From a bacterium (GTDB lineage: Bacteria > Patescibacteriota > Minisyncoccia > Minisyncoccales > JAGGXC01): a DNA stretch of 64,000 nt. Numbering within the stretch: the first letter of the stretch is position 1; each line of letters begins with the position of its first letter. This document shows, piece after piece, positions 1 to 9,327 of the stretch. The translations under genes and the position numbers were made by a program. Under the pieces are notes generated by a model. The model had not been told where the DNA came from and ran no database searches. It worked only from the letters and a program-made list of their open reading frames with translations. The stretch is from positions 13,800 through 77,799 of the forward strand of contig JAGGWD010000015.1 in the NCBI GenBank assembly GCA_021157625.1. Direction: 5' to 3'.

Positions 1-815
1 GCTGTATAAGCAGTATTGGTACCTTTTACAATTGAAGAAACGATAGGTATTTTCAGCACCAATCCATCAAAAAACTTGCTTCCTTTTTTTGTCTTAAGGA
101 TCCGTTTAATGAGAAAAAGAATTCCAATAACTATTACCAGAAAGAGATACCAGAATTTAGTAATAAAATTAGCGCTATAGATTACCAGACGAGTAGTAAA
201 AGGAAGTTCTATTCCTAACTCATTAAAAGTTTGAGATAATTTTGGCACTACCATAATTAACATAAGTATTCCTATTCCTACCATTGCTATAATAATCACT
301 GCTGGATAAATCAAAGCACCTTTCACTCTTTCTTTTAATTCATAGGTTCTTTCCATCTGATAAGAAAGGTTTTCTAGAACTTGCTCTAAATTTCCTGATT
401 CCTCTCCTATCTTTACCATATTCCAGAAGATTTCTGGAAAAATATCAGGCCATCTTTTCATAGATTCTGAAAGAGCTTTTCCTCTTATCACTTCTTCTCT
501 GATATCCAAGAGTGCTCTTTTAAACCTGTTGTTCTTTGTCTGAGAAGCAAGAACTGCTAAAGCTCGCGGAAGAGGAACTCCCGTTCTTACCATTAATGCA
601 AAATTTCGTGTAAAAAAGAGTTTTTCTTTTAAAGAAACTCTTCTAAAGCTAAAAGAGAGCTCTATTTTCTTTTTAGCTTTCTGTTCTGTAGCGGAAATCA
701 AAATGTATCCTTTCTCTCGAAGGATCTTTGCTAATTCATGTTCGTTGGCAGCTTCAGAAACACCTTTTTCTATCTCGCCTGTTTGAGAAGTAGCTGTATA
801 AGAATATCGAGGCAT
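1..815 (-). CDS. pilC: Type IV pilus/T2SS inner-membrane platform protein PilC (GspF family), truncated by window edge
   Basis: Manual translation from ATG at 815: MPRYSYTATSQTGEIEKG..., later FTRNFALMVRTGVP, GEESGNLEQVL and VKGALIYPAVII, which are GspF motifs; lies directly downstream of pilB. Confidence 0.88.
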   Translation of the reverse strand, partial: MPRYSYTATSQTGEIEKGVSEAANEHELAKILREKGYILISATEQKAKKKIELSFSFRRVSLKEKLFFTRNFALMVRTGVPLPRALAVLASQTKNNRFKRALLDIREEVIRGKALSESMKRWPDIFPEIFWNMVKIGEESGNLEQVLENLSYQMERTYELKERVKGALIYPAVIIIAMVGIGILMLIMVVPKLSQTFNELGIELPFTTRLVIYSANFITKFWYLFLVIVIGILFLIKRILKTKKGSKFFDGLVLKIPIVSSIVKGTNTAYT

Positions 816-822
816 ATCTTGA

Positions 823-2568
823 TTATTCTATAATAACTCTAAGAACTTCCTCGATTGAAGTAATTCCTTGAGCCGCTTTGATAAAACCATCTTCTATCAT
901 TGTTCTCATTCCTTCCTTTCGAGCCTGTGCTTGAATTTCATCAGCTGTGGCTGATTTATTAATGAGTTCCTTTATTGACTCGGAGACAGCAAGTACTTCA
1001 AAAATTCCTATCCGTCCTGAATATCCATCTGGACAATCTTTGGAAGGTTTAGGTCGAAAAAATGTTATATCAGCCAAAGTATCTTTGGGCCGTGCTAGCC
1101 CTTCTTCTTTTAAAACCTTAAGGATCATAGAGGTATCGCAATATTTCTCCAAACTTTTGATCTCTGACTTCTTGAGGGTGTAGCTTTGTTTCTCCTCACA
1201 TAAACGTCGTACTAGTCTTTGAGCTAACACAATATTCAGAGTAGAGGAAATTAGAAAAGGCTCTGCCTTCATATCAATTAAACGAGGAATTGCTCCAGCC
1301 GCATTAGTGGTGTGAAGAGTCGAAAGGACCAAATGACCAGTAAGGGCAGCATTTATCGCCAAAGAAGCAGTCTCAGAGTCTCGAATCTCTCCCACCATCA
1401 AAATATCTGGATCTTGTCTGAGGAGTGATCTCAAGCCCGAGGCAAAAGTGAGACCAATCTTAGGATTGACTTGTGTTTGATTAACTCGAGGCATTCTATA
1501 CTCCACAGGATCTTCAATGGTAGAAATGTTAACTTCGGGAGTATTAAGAATCTCCATCATTGCATAAAGGGTAGTAGTCTTTCCTGAACCAGTAGGTCCG
1601 GTTACAAGAATCATTCCTACTGGTCTACGTAAAGCTCTTTGAACTTTCTCAAGAGCTTCTCCTCTCAAACCAAGCTCTTCTAAAGTGTATGCTTTAGCTG
1701 TTTCTGAAAGCAATCTCATTACCACTTTTTCACCATTTATTGTAGGCAAAATAGAAACCCTAATTGAATATTTATAATCTTCCGATTCTACTTTAAACCG
1801 ACCATCCTGAGGAAGACGATGTTCATCTAATTTTAGATTAGATAAAACTTTTATCCTTGCTACAATACCAGACGCTGCTTTCTTGGGAAGCGTCATTGCT
1901 TCTCTCAAAATTCCATCTATTCGATATCGAACCAAGACTTCCTTCTCTGTGGGTTCTATATGAATATCAGAAGCTCTTTGAAGAATAGCATGACGAATTA
2001 AAGTATCTACAATTCTTATCACAGGAAGCTCCTCAGCAACTTTTTTAAGTTCTTTTTCTTCTTCAAGTGGCTTCTCTTTTATTACTTTAATTCCTCCCGC
2101 TTCCTTCTTAATAAGTTCTCCAAACTCAGCCTCGAGAGTTTTCTGATATTGCCTCAGGGCATTTTTAATGCTCGCAGGATTTGTAAGTCTAGGTAAAATT
2201 CGAAGGTTAGCTTTCTTTCTTATAAACTCAATGGTTCTTAAATCTTCAGGATCCAGCATTGCTACTTCTAGATCCTTTCCTTTTTTTCTGAAAGCAATAA
2301 TGTTATGAGATCTTGCAATCGGTTCAGGGATGATCTTTAAAACTTCCGGAGGAATCTTTTCTTTCTCTAAATTCACAAAAGGAATACCCAAGATATAGGC
2401 TTTAAGACGAATAAGCTCTTCTTGAGAAACTAGCCCTTCTGAGATTAAAACATCTTCTACCCTTTTCCCTGTCTTTTGAGCTTTTTTTAGGGCTTTATCA
2501 AACTGCTTTTCTTCAACTAGTCCCGCATCTAATAAAAAAGCTTTTAATCTTTTTGGTTCAACTTGCAT
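823..2568 (-). CDS. pilB: Type IV pilus assembly ATPase PilB (GspE/PulE family)
   Basis: ASDIHIEP, LPQDGR, Walker A GPTGSGKTT, TIEDPVEY, LRQDPD, GEIRD, TGHLVLSTLH; N-terminal MshEN-like domain. Confidence 0.93.
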   Translation of the reverse strand: MQVEPKRLKAFLLDAGLVEEKQFDKALKKAQKTGKRVEDVLISEGLVSQEELIRLKAYILGIPFVNLEKEKIPPEVLKIIPEPIARSHNIIAFRKKGKDLEVAMLDPEDLRTIEFIRKKANLRILPRLTNPASIKNALRQYQKTLEAEFGELIKKEAGGIKVIKEKPLEEEKELKKVAEELPVIRIVDTLIRHAILQRASDIHIEPTEKEVLVRYRIDGILREAMTLPKKAASGIVARIKVLSNLKLDEHRLPQDGRFKVESEDYKYSIRVSILPTINGEKVVMRLLSETAKAYTLEELGLRGEALEKVQRALRRPVGMILVTGPTGSGKTTTLYAMMEILNTPEVNISTIEDPVEYRMPRVNQTQVNPKIGLTFASGLRSLLRQDPDILMVGEIRDSETASLAINAALTGHLVLSTLHTTNAAGAIPRLIDMKAEPFLISSTLNIVLAQRLVRRLCEEKQSYTLKKSEIKSLEKYCDTSMILKVLKEEGLARPKDTLADITFFRPKPSKDCPDGYSGRIGIFEVLAVSESIKELINKSATADEIQAQARKEGMRTMIEDGFIKAAQGITSIEEVLRVIIE

Positions 2569-2594
2569 ATTTTTTTAAGTATCCTCTTGCTAAT

Positions 2595-2972
2595 CTATTC
2601 TTCACTGTCTCCCAATGTCTTTTTAATCTTTTTTATTACCTCTTCTAGACTATAATTAACCTTTACAAGATAAGTTGTGGCTCCCAGTTCTAGAGCTTTA
2701 TCAATATCAGACATTCTCTCTAAGTTAGTAAGAATTATCACAGGAATTTCTTTTGTTTGAGGATCTTCTTTGAGTTTTTTCAGAACTTCAAAACCGTTTA
2801 AACGAGGAAGGATAAGATCAAGAAGAATTAAATCAGGCTTCTGTGTTTGAGCTAATTTAAGACCTGTTTCTCCATCAAGCGCAGAAATTATATCATAGCC
2901 TTCTGCTCTCAGGGCTTTTTCAAAGGTTTTTTGAAGCACTGATTCGTCTTCGATGAATAAGATCTTTTTCAT
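2595..2972 (-). CDS. Single-domain response regulator (CheY-like receiver)
   Basis: KKILFIEDE, PDLILLDLILP, IPVIILTN, GATTYLVK; no output domain. Confidence 0.92.
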   Translation of the reverse strand: MKKILFIEDESVLQKTFEKALRAEGYDIISALDGETGLKLAQTQKPDLILLDLILPRLNGFEVLKKLKEDPQTKEIPVIILTNLERMSDIDKALELGATTYLVKVNYSLEEVIKKIKKTLGDSEE

Positions 2973-3047
2973 AGTTTTAGAACAGAGAAAAACTTTTTTG
3001 TTGTTTCTCTCTGTCGTTATATTTAATTAATAAAATTTTTTAAAAAT

Positions 3048-4007
3048 TTATTGTTGTTGTTCAGCAATAGGTATAGTAAACCAAAAAGTGCTTCCTTTTC
3101 CCTCTTGAGACTTGAATCCTATTTTTCCCTTGTGAGCAAGAATAATTGACTTTGCTATAAACAAACCAAGTCCTGACCCCTGTGTTTGATGTTTGAAAGC
3201 ACTTTTAGCACGGAAAAATTTCTGAAAGATATATTTCTGATCTTCTTTGGGAATACCTACTCCTGAATCTTTAACTTCAAGATAAAGAGATTTATCTTTC
3301 TTGAATACTGAAATTTCTACTTCTCCTTTACCTTTGCTATACTTAATAGCATTATCTAAAAAGTTCTCTATTACTTCTCTAATGCGAGCTTGGTCTCCAA
3401 ACGCTTTGGGAAGATTTTCTTGAATATTGAGTGTGATTTTTACATTAGAAGCTTCTGCATAAGCACGTGCACTAGTAATAACTTTTTGAACTAATTCTTT
3501 TAATGAGAAGGGTTTCTTGTCCAAGGGAAATTGTCCTGCCTCGATTTTAGATGCAGTAATTATTTTATTTATTAACTCTTCCAGCCTTTTACTATTTTCC
3601 GCCAGAATATCTAAGTATTCTTTCTGGTCATTGGATATTGTACCAATCTTTCCAGATACCAAAAGATCAATGATCCATTTTAAATTAGCAAAAGGGGCTC
3701 TTAACTGGTGTGTCATGATCGTCAAAAACTCCATTTTTAGACGAGCAGCATCAGCCAATTTCTCCACTCCATGAGTAACTACATACGCCATAATTAGGAG
3801 GATCCAACTAATTAAAAGAACTATTAATGCAATCAACAAAGGATCATCTATATATTTAAAGCTAATGCTATAAGTAAAAAGAGCAGAAATAATAATAACT
3901 ATCCCCATTAGCACAAAAATAAACTGAGGACACTGCCATATAGGAAGTGGATATTTTTTACACTGCTGACGAATATTTAATCGCTGAAGAATAGTTTCTT
4001 TATTCAT
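3048..4007 (-). CDS. Membrane sensor histidine kinase (HisKA + HATPase)
   Basis: Two TM helices, H-box THQLRAP, N-box NFLDNAIKY, G-boxes DSGVGI, GSGLGL, GKGSTF. Confidence 0.92.
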   Translation of the reverse strand: MNKETILQRLNIRQQCKKYPLPIWQCPQFIFVLMGIVIIISALFTYSISFKYIDDPLLIALIVLLISWILLIMAYVVTHGVEKLADAARLKMEFLTIMTHQLRAPFANLKWIIDLLVSGKIGTISNDQKEYLDILAENSKRLEELINKIITASKIEAGQFPLDKKPFSLKELVQKVITSARAYAEASNVKITLNIQENLPKAFGDQARIREVIENFLDNAIKYSKGKGEVEISVFKKDKSLYLEVKDSGVGIPKEDQKYIFQKFFRAKSAFKHQTQGSGLGLFIAKSIILAHKGKIGFKSQEGKGSTFWFTIPIAEQQQ

Positions 4008-4053
4008 TAATTCTATTATACCCCAGAGAGAAAAATTAAAGCAAGGAAAATAC

Positions 4054-4082
4054 TTGTCAAAAAATCTGCTCTATAGTAAAAT
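4054..4082 (+). promoter_or_regulatory. Putative sigma70 promoter for tRNA-Pro/tRNA-Gly
   Basis: TTGTCA-N17-TAAAAT, 15 nt before tRNA-Pro. Confidence 0.5.
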
Positions 4083-4097
4083 GCTAAATGCATTATA

Positions 4098-4168
4098 CGG
4101 AGAGTGGTGTAATGGTAGCACGAGTCCTTTGGGAGGATTTAGTCCGGGTTCAAATCCCGGCTCTCCGA
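4098..4168 (+). tRNA. tRNA-Pro(TGG), CCA not encoded
   Basis: Acceptor CGGAGAG/CTCTCCG, anticodon arm AGTCC-TTTGGGA-GGATT, T-arm CCGGG-TTCAAAT-CCCGG. Confidence 0.93.
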
Positions 4169-4176
4169 AAGAAAAT

Positions 4177-4247
4177 GCGGGATTAGTTGAGCGGTTCAAC
4201 GTCACCCTTCCAAGGTGAAAAGACGGGTTCGACTCCCGTATCCCGCT
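4177..4247 (+). tRNA. tRNA-Gly(TCC), CCA not encoded
   Basis: Acceptor GCGGGAT/ATCCCGC, discriminator T, anticodon arm TCACC-CTTCCAA-GGTGA, T-loop TTCGACT. Confidence 0.93.
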
Positions 4248-4256
4248 CAAGAATAC

Positions 4257-4288
4257 AAAAACCCCTTGCTTTTAGCGACGGGGTTTTT
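4257..4288. terminator. Probable bidirectional intrinsic terminator between the tRNAs and hup
   Basis: AAAAACCCC-TTGCT-TTT-AGCGA-C-GGGGTTTTT hairpin with A and T tails. Confidence 0.7.
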
Positions 4289-4311
4289 GTATATCACAAA
4301 AAACCAAAGTC

Positions 4312-4584
4312 TTATTTCACTGCTTTCTTTAATTGCTTTCCGGGTTTAAAGCGAGGGACTTTCCTTGCAGGAATTTTTATCTTTTCTCCTGTTTGTGGAT
4401 TTCGACCTGTTCTTGCTTTTCTTTTTGCTACCAAAAAAGTACCAAACCCAGTCAGTGCCACTGTTTTTCCTTTAGCTAGAGCGTTAGTAATCTCATCAAG
4501 AATTGTATTCAAACAAGCTGTCGCACAAGCCTTTGAACACTTTGCTTTCTTGGCAAGAATTTTTACAAGATCTCCTTTTGTCAT
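4312..4584 (-). CDS. hup: DNA-binding protein HU
   Basis: GFGTF...RKARTGRNPQTGEKIKIPARKVPRFKPGKQLK. Confidence 0.96.
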   Translation of the reverse strand: MTKGDLVKILAKKAKCSKACATACLNTILDEITNALAKGKTVALTGFGTFLVAKRKARTGRNPQTGEKIKIPARKVPRFKPGKQLKKAVK

Positions 4585-4633
4585 ATTTTTTGACTTTTTG
4601 ATTAACTACGACCTTTACTTCATTATATCATTT

Positions 4634-6169
4634 CTATCTCGCATACTCAACTATCCGTGATTCTCTTATTAAAGTAATCTTTATTTCTCCCGGATACTTA
4701 AGTTCTGATTCAATTTTTTTCGCAATTTGTCGAGCTAATTCTCTGGCTTTAAGATCATCTACTTCTTCTGGTTTTACAAATACTCTGATTTCTCTTCCTG
4801 CCTGAAGCGCATAAGCTTTTTGAACTCCTTCAAAAGAAAGAGCAACTTTCTCAAGCGTTTCTAACCTCTTCAGGTAATTCTCCAAAGTATCTTTCCTTGC
4901 ACCGGGACGACTTCCAGAGATTGCATCAGCTACATGGACTATCACTGCTTCTAGTGTCTCTGGGGGATAATCTTCATGATGAGATTTCATTGCATCAATG
5001 ACTTTTTTCTCTACTCCGAATTTCTCTAAAATTCTTATCCCAATGTCAACATGAGACCCTTCGATCTGGTGATCAACGGCTTTCCCAATATCATGTAAGA
5101 GACCTGCTTTCTTTGCCACTTCTGAATCTGCACCCAACTCATCAGCTAAAGCGCCAGCAAGATGAGCTACTTCAATTGAATGAAGTAAAACGTTCTGACC
5201 ATAACTCCGTCTGAAATAAAGCCTTCCCAAAAGATTAATTAAGCGAGGATCGAGTCCTATTACCCCTACATCATAAACTGCCTGTTGGCCAAGTTCTTTT
5301 ATTTTTTCAGCTATTTCCTCTTTTACTTTTTGAACAGTGTCCTCAATTCTTGCTGGTTGGATTCGTCCGTCAGCAATCAGCCTTTCTAGAGCAATCTTAG
5401 CAATTTGGCGACGAATAGGATCAAAAGCAGAGATAATGACAGTCTCCGGCGCTTCATCAATTATCAACTCAGTACCAGTTACTTTCTCAAAAGTCTGAAT
5501 ATTGCGCCCTTCTTTTCCAATAATCCTACCTTTTATATCTTCATTTGGTAAAGTAACAGTGGTGGTAGTAAGCTCTTGAGCTTGAGAAACGGCCAACTTC
5601 TGAATAACAGTAGCAAGGATTTCTTTTGCTCTGGCTTGAAACCTTTCTTCCTTTTCTTTTTCTAATTTCTTAATCTTCTCTAGAATTTCTTTCTGATACT
5701 CTGCTTCCAGACTCGCAAACAATTCTTTTTTGGCCTGCGATTTCTTTAATCCTGAAATCCTCTCAAGATTTTTCACAGCTTCCTCCTTTAGTTTCTCCAA
5801 GGTTTCTTTTATTTTCTTAACCTTCTCTATTTTTTCTGTAAGTTCTTTCTCTTTGTTCTCAAGCTCACTAGATTTTTCATTTAGAACTTTTTCTCTTTCC
5901 AAGAGAAGATCCTGAATCTTCAAAAGCTCTGCTTTCTTCTGAGATTCTTCTCTCTGGGCTCGTTCTATAATACTGGACGCTCTTCTCTTTGCTTTCGCTA
6001 AAATCTCTTCACTTTCTTGCTTGGCTTGAGAGATCTTTCTTTGAAGCGTTTCTTCAATCGAACCAATTTTCCTCCGAGCAATAGATTGACGAGTAAAATA
6101 TCCCACCAGAGAACCTAACGCTAAACAAACTGTTGCTACAATGATTAGTGAAAAGGGTTCCATTTCCAT
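4634..6169 (-). CDS. rny: Ribonuclease Y
   Basis: N-terminal TM helix, coiled coil, KH domain (KGRIIGKEGRNI), HD domain (LLHDIGKA), QAGREIRV. Confidence 0.96.
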   Translation of the reverse strand: MEMEPFSLIIVATVCLALGSLVGYFTRQSIARRKIGSIEETLQRKISQAKQESEEILAKAKRRASSIIERAQREESQKKAELLKIQDLLLEREKVLNEKSSELENKEKELTEKIEKVKKIKETLEKLKEEAVKNLERISGLKKSQAKKELFASLEAEYQKEILEKIKKLEKEKEERFQARAKEILATVIQKLAVSQAQELTTTTVTLPNEDIKGRIIGKEGRNIQTFEKVTGTELIIDEAPETVIISAFDPIRRQIAKIALERLIADGRIQPARIEDTVQKVKEEIAEKIKELGQQAVYDVGVIGLDPRLINLLGRLYFRRSYGQNVLLHSIEVAHLAGALADELGADSEVAKKAGLLHDIGKAVDHQIEGSHVDIGIRILEKFGVEKKVIDAMKSHHEDYPPETLEAVIVHVADAISGSRPGARKDTLENYLKRLETLEKVALSFEGVQKAYALQAGREIRVFVKPEEVDDLKARELARQIAKKIESELKYPGEIKITLIRESRIVEYAR

Positions 6170-6245
6170 GTTTTATTTCAGAATTTTGGCCACTTAACAT
6201 CTCCTCGATGATAAGGACCTAAATTCTGGAGTTTAGTGATATTTA

Positions 6246-6276
6246 CAAAAACAAACCCACTCCTTAGGTGGGTTTG
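6246..6276 (-). terminator. Probable intrinsic terminator/attenuator between clpP and rny
   Basis: Perfect 9-bp stem CAAACCCAC/GTGGGTTTG followed by a T-run on the minus strand. Confidence 0.6.
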
Positions 6277-6317
6277 GTACACTTTCAAGATTATTATTTC
6301 TTCGCTAAAACTCTTTC

Positions 6318-6923
6318 TTATTCTTTTGCTTTCAGTTTACTTTCTTTGGTTTCCAAAACTTCATCAATAATACCATACTCTTTTGCTTCTTGAGCAGAAA
6401 GGAAAAGATCACGATCAGTATCTTTTTCAATCTTCTTAATCGGTTGACCTGTATGCTTGGAGAGTATCCGATTAAGTTTATCTTTGATCTTCATCATATG
6501 CTTCGTCCAAATTTCTACATCTACTGCCTGACCAGCGGCTTTTCCCATTACTTGATGAAGAAGTATCTCAGAATTTGGTAAAGCATATCTTTTGCCTTTG
6601 GCTCCAGCAGCAAGCAAAATTGCTCCACCCGAGGCTGCTTGTCCAAGACAGCATGTCGAAACATCGCATTCTACATATTGCATAGTATCATATATAGCTA
6701 AAGCAGAAGTAACTATCCCACCTGGACTGTTTATATAAAGATAAATATCTTTTTTAGGATCTTGAGAAGCTAAGAACAATAATTGAGCAATGATCAAATT
6801 AGCCAGTCCATCAGTAATTGGTCCTGTTAGCAAAATTATCCTTTCCTTCAAAAGCCGTGAATAAATATCATAAGCTCTTTCTCCGAATTGACTTTTCTCA
6901 ACTATTGTTGGGACTAAGGGCAT
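6318..6923 (-). CDS. clpP: ATP-dependent Clp protease proteolytic subunit
   Basis: [20 protein letters not shown], catalytic Ser in QAASGG, LLHQ, DTDRD. Confidence 0.96.
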   Translation of the reverse strand: MPLVPTIVEKSQFGERAYDIYSRLLKERIILLTGPITDGLANLIIAQLLFLASQDPKKDIYLYINSPGGIVTSALAIYDTMQYVECDVSTCCLGQAASGGAILLAAGAKGKRYALPNSEILLHQVMGKAAGQAVDVEIWTKHMMKIKDKLNRILSKHTGQPIKKIEKDTDRDLFLSAQEAKEYGIIDEVLETKESKLKAKE

Positions 6924-6950
6924 AGTTTTTGATGAAATATCAGGTTGGTA

Positions 6951-8231
6951 TCAAACTCTTTCAGCAAAACCCTCCAATAATTGAAGAGTTTTCTCATTAA
7001 TAATTCTCTCCTTAGTATACTCTTTTAACTTCTCCAAATCAAGTGACTTGGCAGATTCAATATCTGGATAATTCTTAAGTAACTGATTAATCTGATCTTC
7101 TATCTCTTGAGGAGAAGCGGTAATATTTTCTCTCTTACTGATTTCTCTAAGAACCAGAGAGATCTTAATGTTCCTGAGTGCTGGCTCCAGAAAGCTATCT
7201 TTGATTTCTTTCTCTGTTTTCTTTGTTTTTGCTAAATAATCTTCAAACGACATCTTAGAGTTATTCAAAAAACTTTCTTTAAATTCAGAGAACAATCTAT
7301 TTTTTTCTGCTTCTATAAGAACTTGAGGAATATCCCATCTAATAGAATTAATGATTTTTTCTAAAATTTTCTGTCTGAATTTTTCTTTTGCTTTATTTTC
7401 TTTTTCTGCCAAGATCCCTTCTCTTATACTTTCTTTCAAAGAAGAGAGGTCCCGAAAGTTTCCAAGAGATTGAGCAAATCTATCATTTAATTCAGGTAAT
7501 TCCATTCTAAATACAGAAATCAGTTTTATTTTGAAAGTTACTTTTTTCCCTGCTAGCTCTCTCACAAAGTGATTTTGAGGAATAGTTAAAGAAAATTCCT
7601 CTGTTTCTTGACCTGCTTTCATTCCTTCTATTTTTTGCTCAAATCCAGGAATAAAACCTCCCTGTCCTAAAATAAAACCGTCCTTTCTTTTCTTTCCATT
7701 TTCTATCTGGGGAGAAAAATATTCAATTTCGACAAAATCTCCCTTTCTTGCTTCTCTGCCGAGAGCAATTAACTTTGCTCGAGAACGACGCAACCAATCT
7801 ATTGTCTTCTGAACTTCTTGATCGCTAACCTGAACCCTTTCTCTTTTCAGAGAAGATGCAATCTTCCGGTAATCTGGCAGTTCAATTTCTGGTAGAACTG
7901 TCACTCTGGCTCTAAAACTAAACGGACTTCCGAGAGCCATCTTTAGAATTTCGATCTTTGGCCTATCAATTACCTGAAGATTGTTTTCTTTTACAATCTT
8001 TATGTAATATTGAGTTACCGCTTCTTGAGCAGCCCTCTCAAGAATCCGTAGCGTTCCTATTTTCTCCTCTATTATCGATTGAGGAACATGCCCTTTTCTG
8101 AAACCTTTAATTTCTATATCTTTCCCTAAATCAGAAATTGCCTTTCTGTAATATAAAACAAACTCTTCTGAAGGAATTTCAACTTTTATTTCAATTTCGG
8201 AATTAGATATTTTTTTAATTGACTGAGTCAT
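6951..8231 (-). CDS. tig: Trigger factor
   Basis: GFRKGHVP ribosome-binding motif, FIPGFE in the FKBP domain, upstream of clpP. Confidence 0.93.
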   Translation of the reverse strand: MTQSIKKISNSEIEIKVEIPSEEFVLYYRKAISDLGKDIEIKGFRKGHVPQSIIEEKIGTLRILERAAQEAVTQYYIKIVKENNLQVIDRPKIEILKMALGSPFSFRARVTVLPEIELPDYRKIASSLKRERVQVSDQEVQKTIDWLRRSRAKLIALGREARKGDFVEIEYFSPQIENGKKRKDGFILGQGGFIPGFEQKIEGMKAGQETEEFSLTIPQNHFVRELAGKKVTFKIKLISVFRMELPELNDRFAQSLGNFRDLSSLKESIREGILAEKENKAKEKFRQKILEKIINSIRWDIPQVLIEAEKNRLFSEFKESFLNNSKMSFEDYLAKTKKTEKEIKDSFLEPALRNIKISLVLREISKRENITASPQEIEDQINQLLKNYPDIESAKSLDLEKLKEYTKERIINEKTLQLLEGFAERV

Positions 8232-8273
8232 TGGAATATGATAGCATCTGAATAGTTCTTTGAGGTGAGAATA

Positions 8274-8753
8274 ATGATTAGGAGATTAATAGCCGGTTTT
8301 GTTCTCCTTTGCTTCAACGGAATAGGAGGAGTTACTGCTTATCGATTGCTTGGAATACCTTTTCATATTACTTTTTTCATTGTGACTGTATACTGGTCGG
8401 GCACACTACTCCTTACCTATTATGGGACAGGATGGATAGCCAAAAGAATAAGAAAATGGAAATATATCAATATTCTTATCAGCTCAGCAACAGGCTGGTG
8501 GAGACAAAAAATGGTACTTCTCCAAAGTCAAGAAAGACTAAGGGAAAAATGTATTCTCTGGCTAGTGAAGCAAAAAGAATGGGTTGTGATGGTGCTTACT
8601 TTTGTTCCTCTTATTCCTGAACTACCAACCATAACCATCATAGCAGCTCGACTAATGAAAATAAAATATGCACTTCCTATCCTCTTGACAGGGAATCTTT
8701 TCAGAACGTTTGTATTGGTAGCAACTATTTATCACCTCCTTCCTTCTCTATAA
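8274..8753 (+). CDS. Hypothetical membrane protein (about 4 TM), ORFan-like
   Basis: Hydrophobic ORF; start placed at ATG 8274, 5 nt after SD GAGGTGA. Confidence 0.7.
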   Translation: MIRRLIAGFVLLCFNGIGGVTAYRLLGIPFHITFFIVTVYWSGTLLLTYYGTGWIAKRIRKWKYINILISSATGWWRQKMVLLQSQERLREKCILWLVKQKEWVVMVLTFVPLIPELPTITIIAARLMKIKYALPILLTGNLFRTFVLVATIYHLLPSL

Positions 8754-8758
8754 GCGTC

Positions 8759-9313
8759 CTAGCACGCTTCTTTTTGTTTCTGGCGCCAGGCTTTTGCGGC
8801 CTTCTCGATTATTTGAAATGCTTCTTTGCGATCTTTCCATCCCTCTACTTTTACATACTTGTATTTCTCCTTTTCCAGTTTTTTATAATCAGAAAAGAAG
8901 AGTTTTATTTCTTCTCTTAGGTGTTCGCCCAAATCCTCAATATCTCTTATTTCCTTAAATCGTGGATCTACTTTATCAACTGGCACAGCAATAATTTTGT
9001 TATCTGGTCCTTTCTCATCTTTCATCAAAAGCACACCAATAGGACGAGCTTTCACTACGCAACCCGAAAAAGTTGGATAAGTAGCTAAAAGCACAACATC
9101 CAGAGAATCGCCGTCTTCAGAACATGTTTGAGGAATAAACCCGTATTCAAAAGGAAAGAACAAAGGAGAATAAATCACTCTATCTAGTTCAAAATAACCT
9201 TTTTCTTCATTGTATTCGAACTTGCTTTTTGAACCTTTAGGAATATCGATTACAACATTAATCTCTTCAGGTAGATTCTCTCCTGGATGTATATCTTTAA
9301 AGAGATTAGTCAT
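8759..9313 (-). CDS. ppa: Inorganic pyrophosphatase (family I)
   Basis: IPKGSKSKFEY, YGFIPQT, DGDSLDV, DEKGPDNKIIAV. Confidence 0.95.
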   Translation of the reverse strand: MTNLFKDIHPGENLPEEINVVIDIPKGSKSKFEYNEEKGYFELDRVIYSPLFFPFEYGFIPQTCSEDGDSLDVVLLATYPTFSGCVVKARPIGVLLMKDEKGPDNKIIAVPVDKVDPRFKEIRDIEDLGEHLREEIKLFFSDYKKLEKEKYKYVKVEGWKDRKEAFQIIEKAAKAWRQKQKEAC

Positions 9314-9327
9314 AGTTTAAAATAAAA

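Noticed and set aside
4187-4660. 157-aa ORF on the + strand
   Set aside because: It overlaps tRNA-Gly and is antisense to hup; a shadow ORF.
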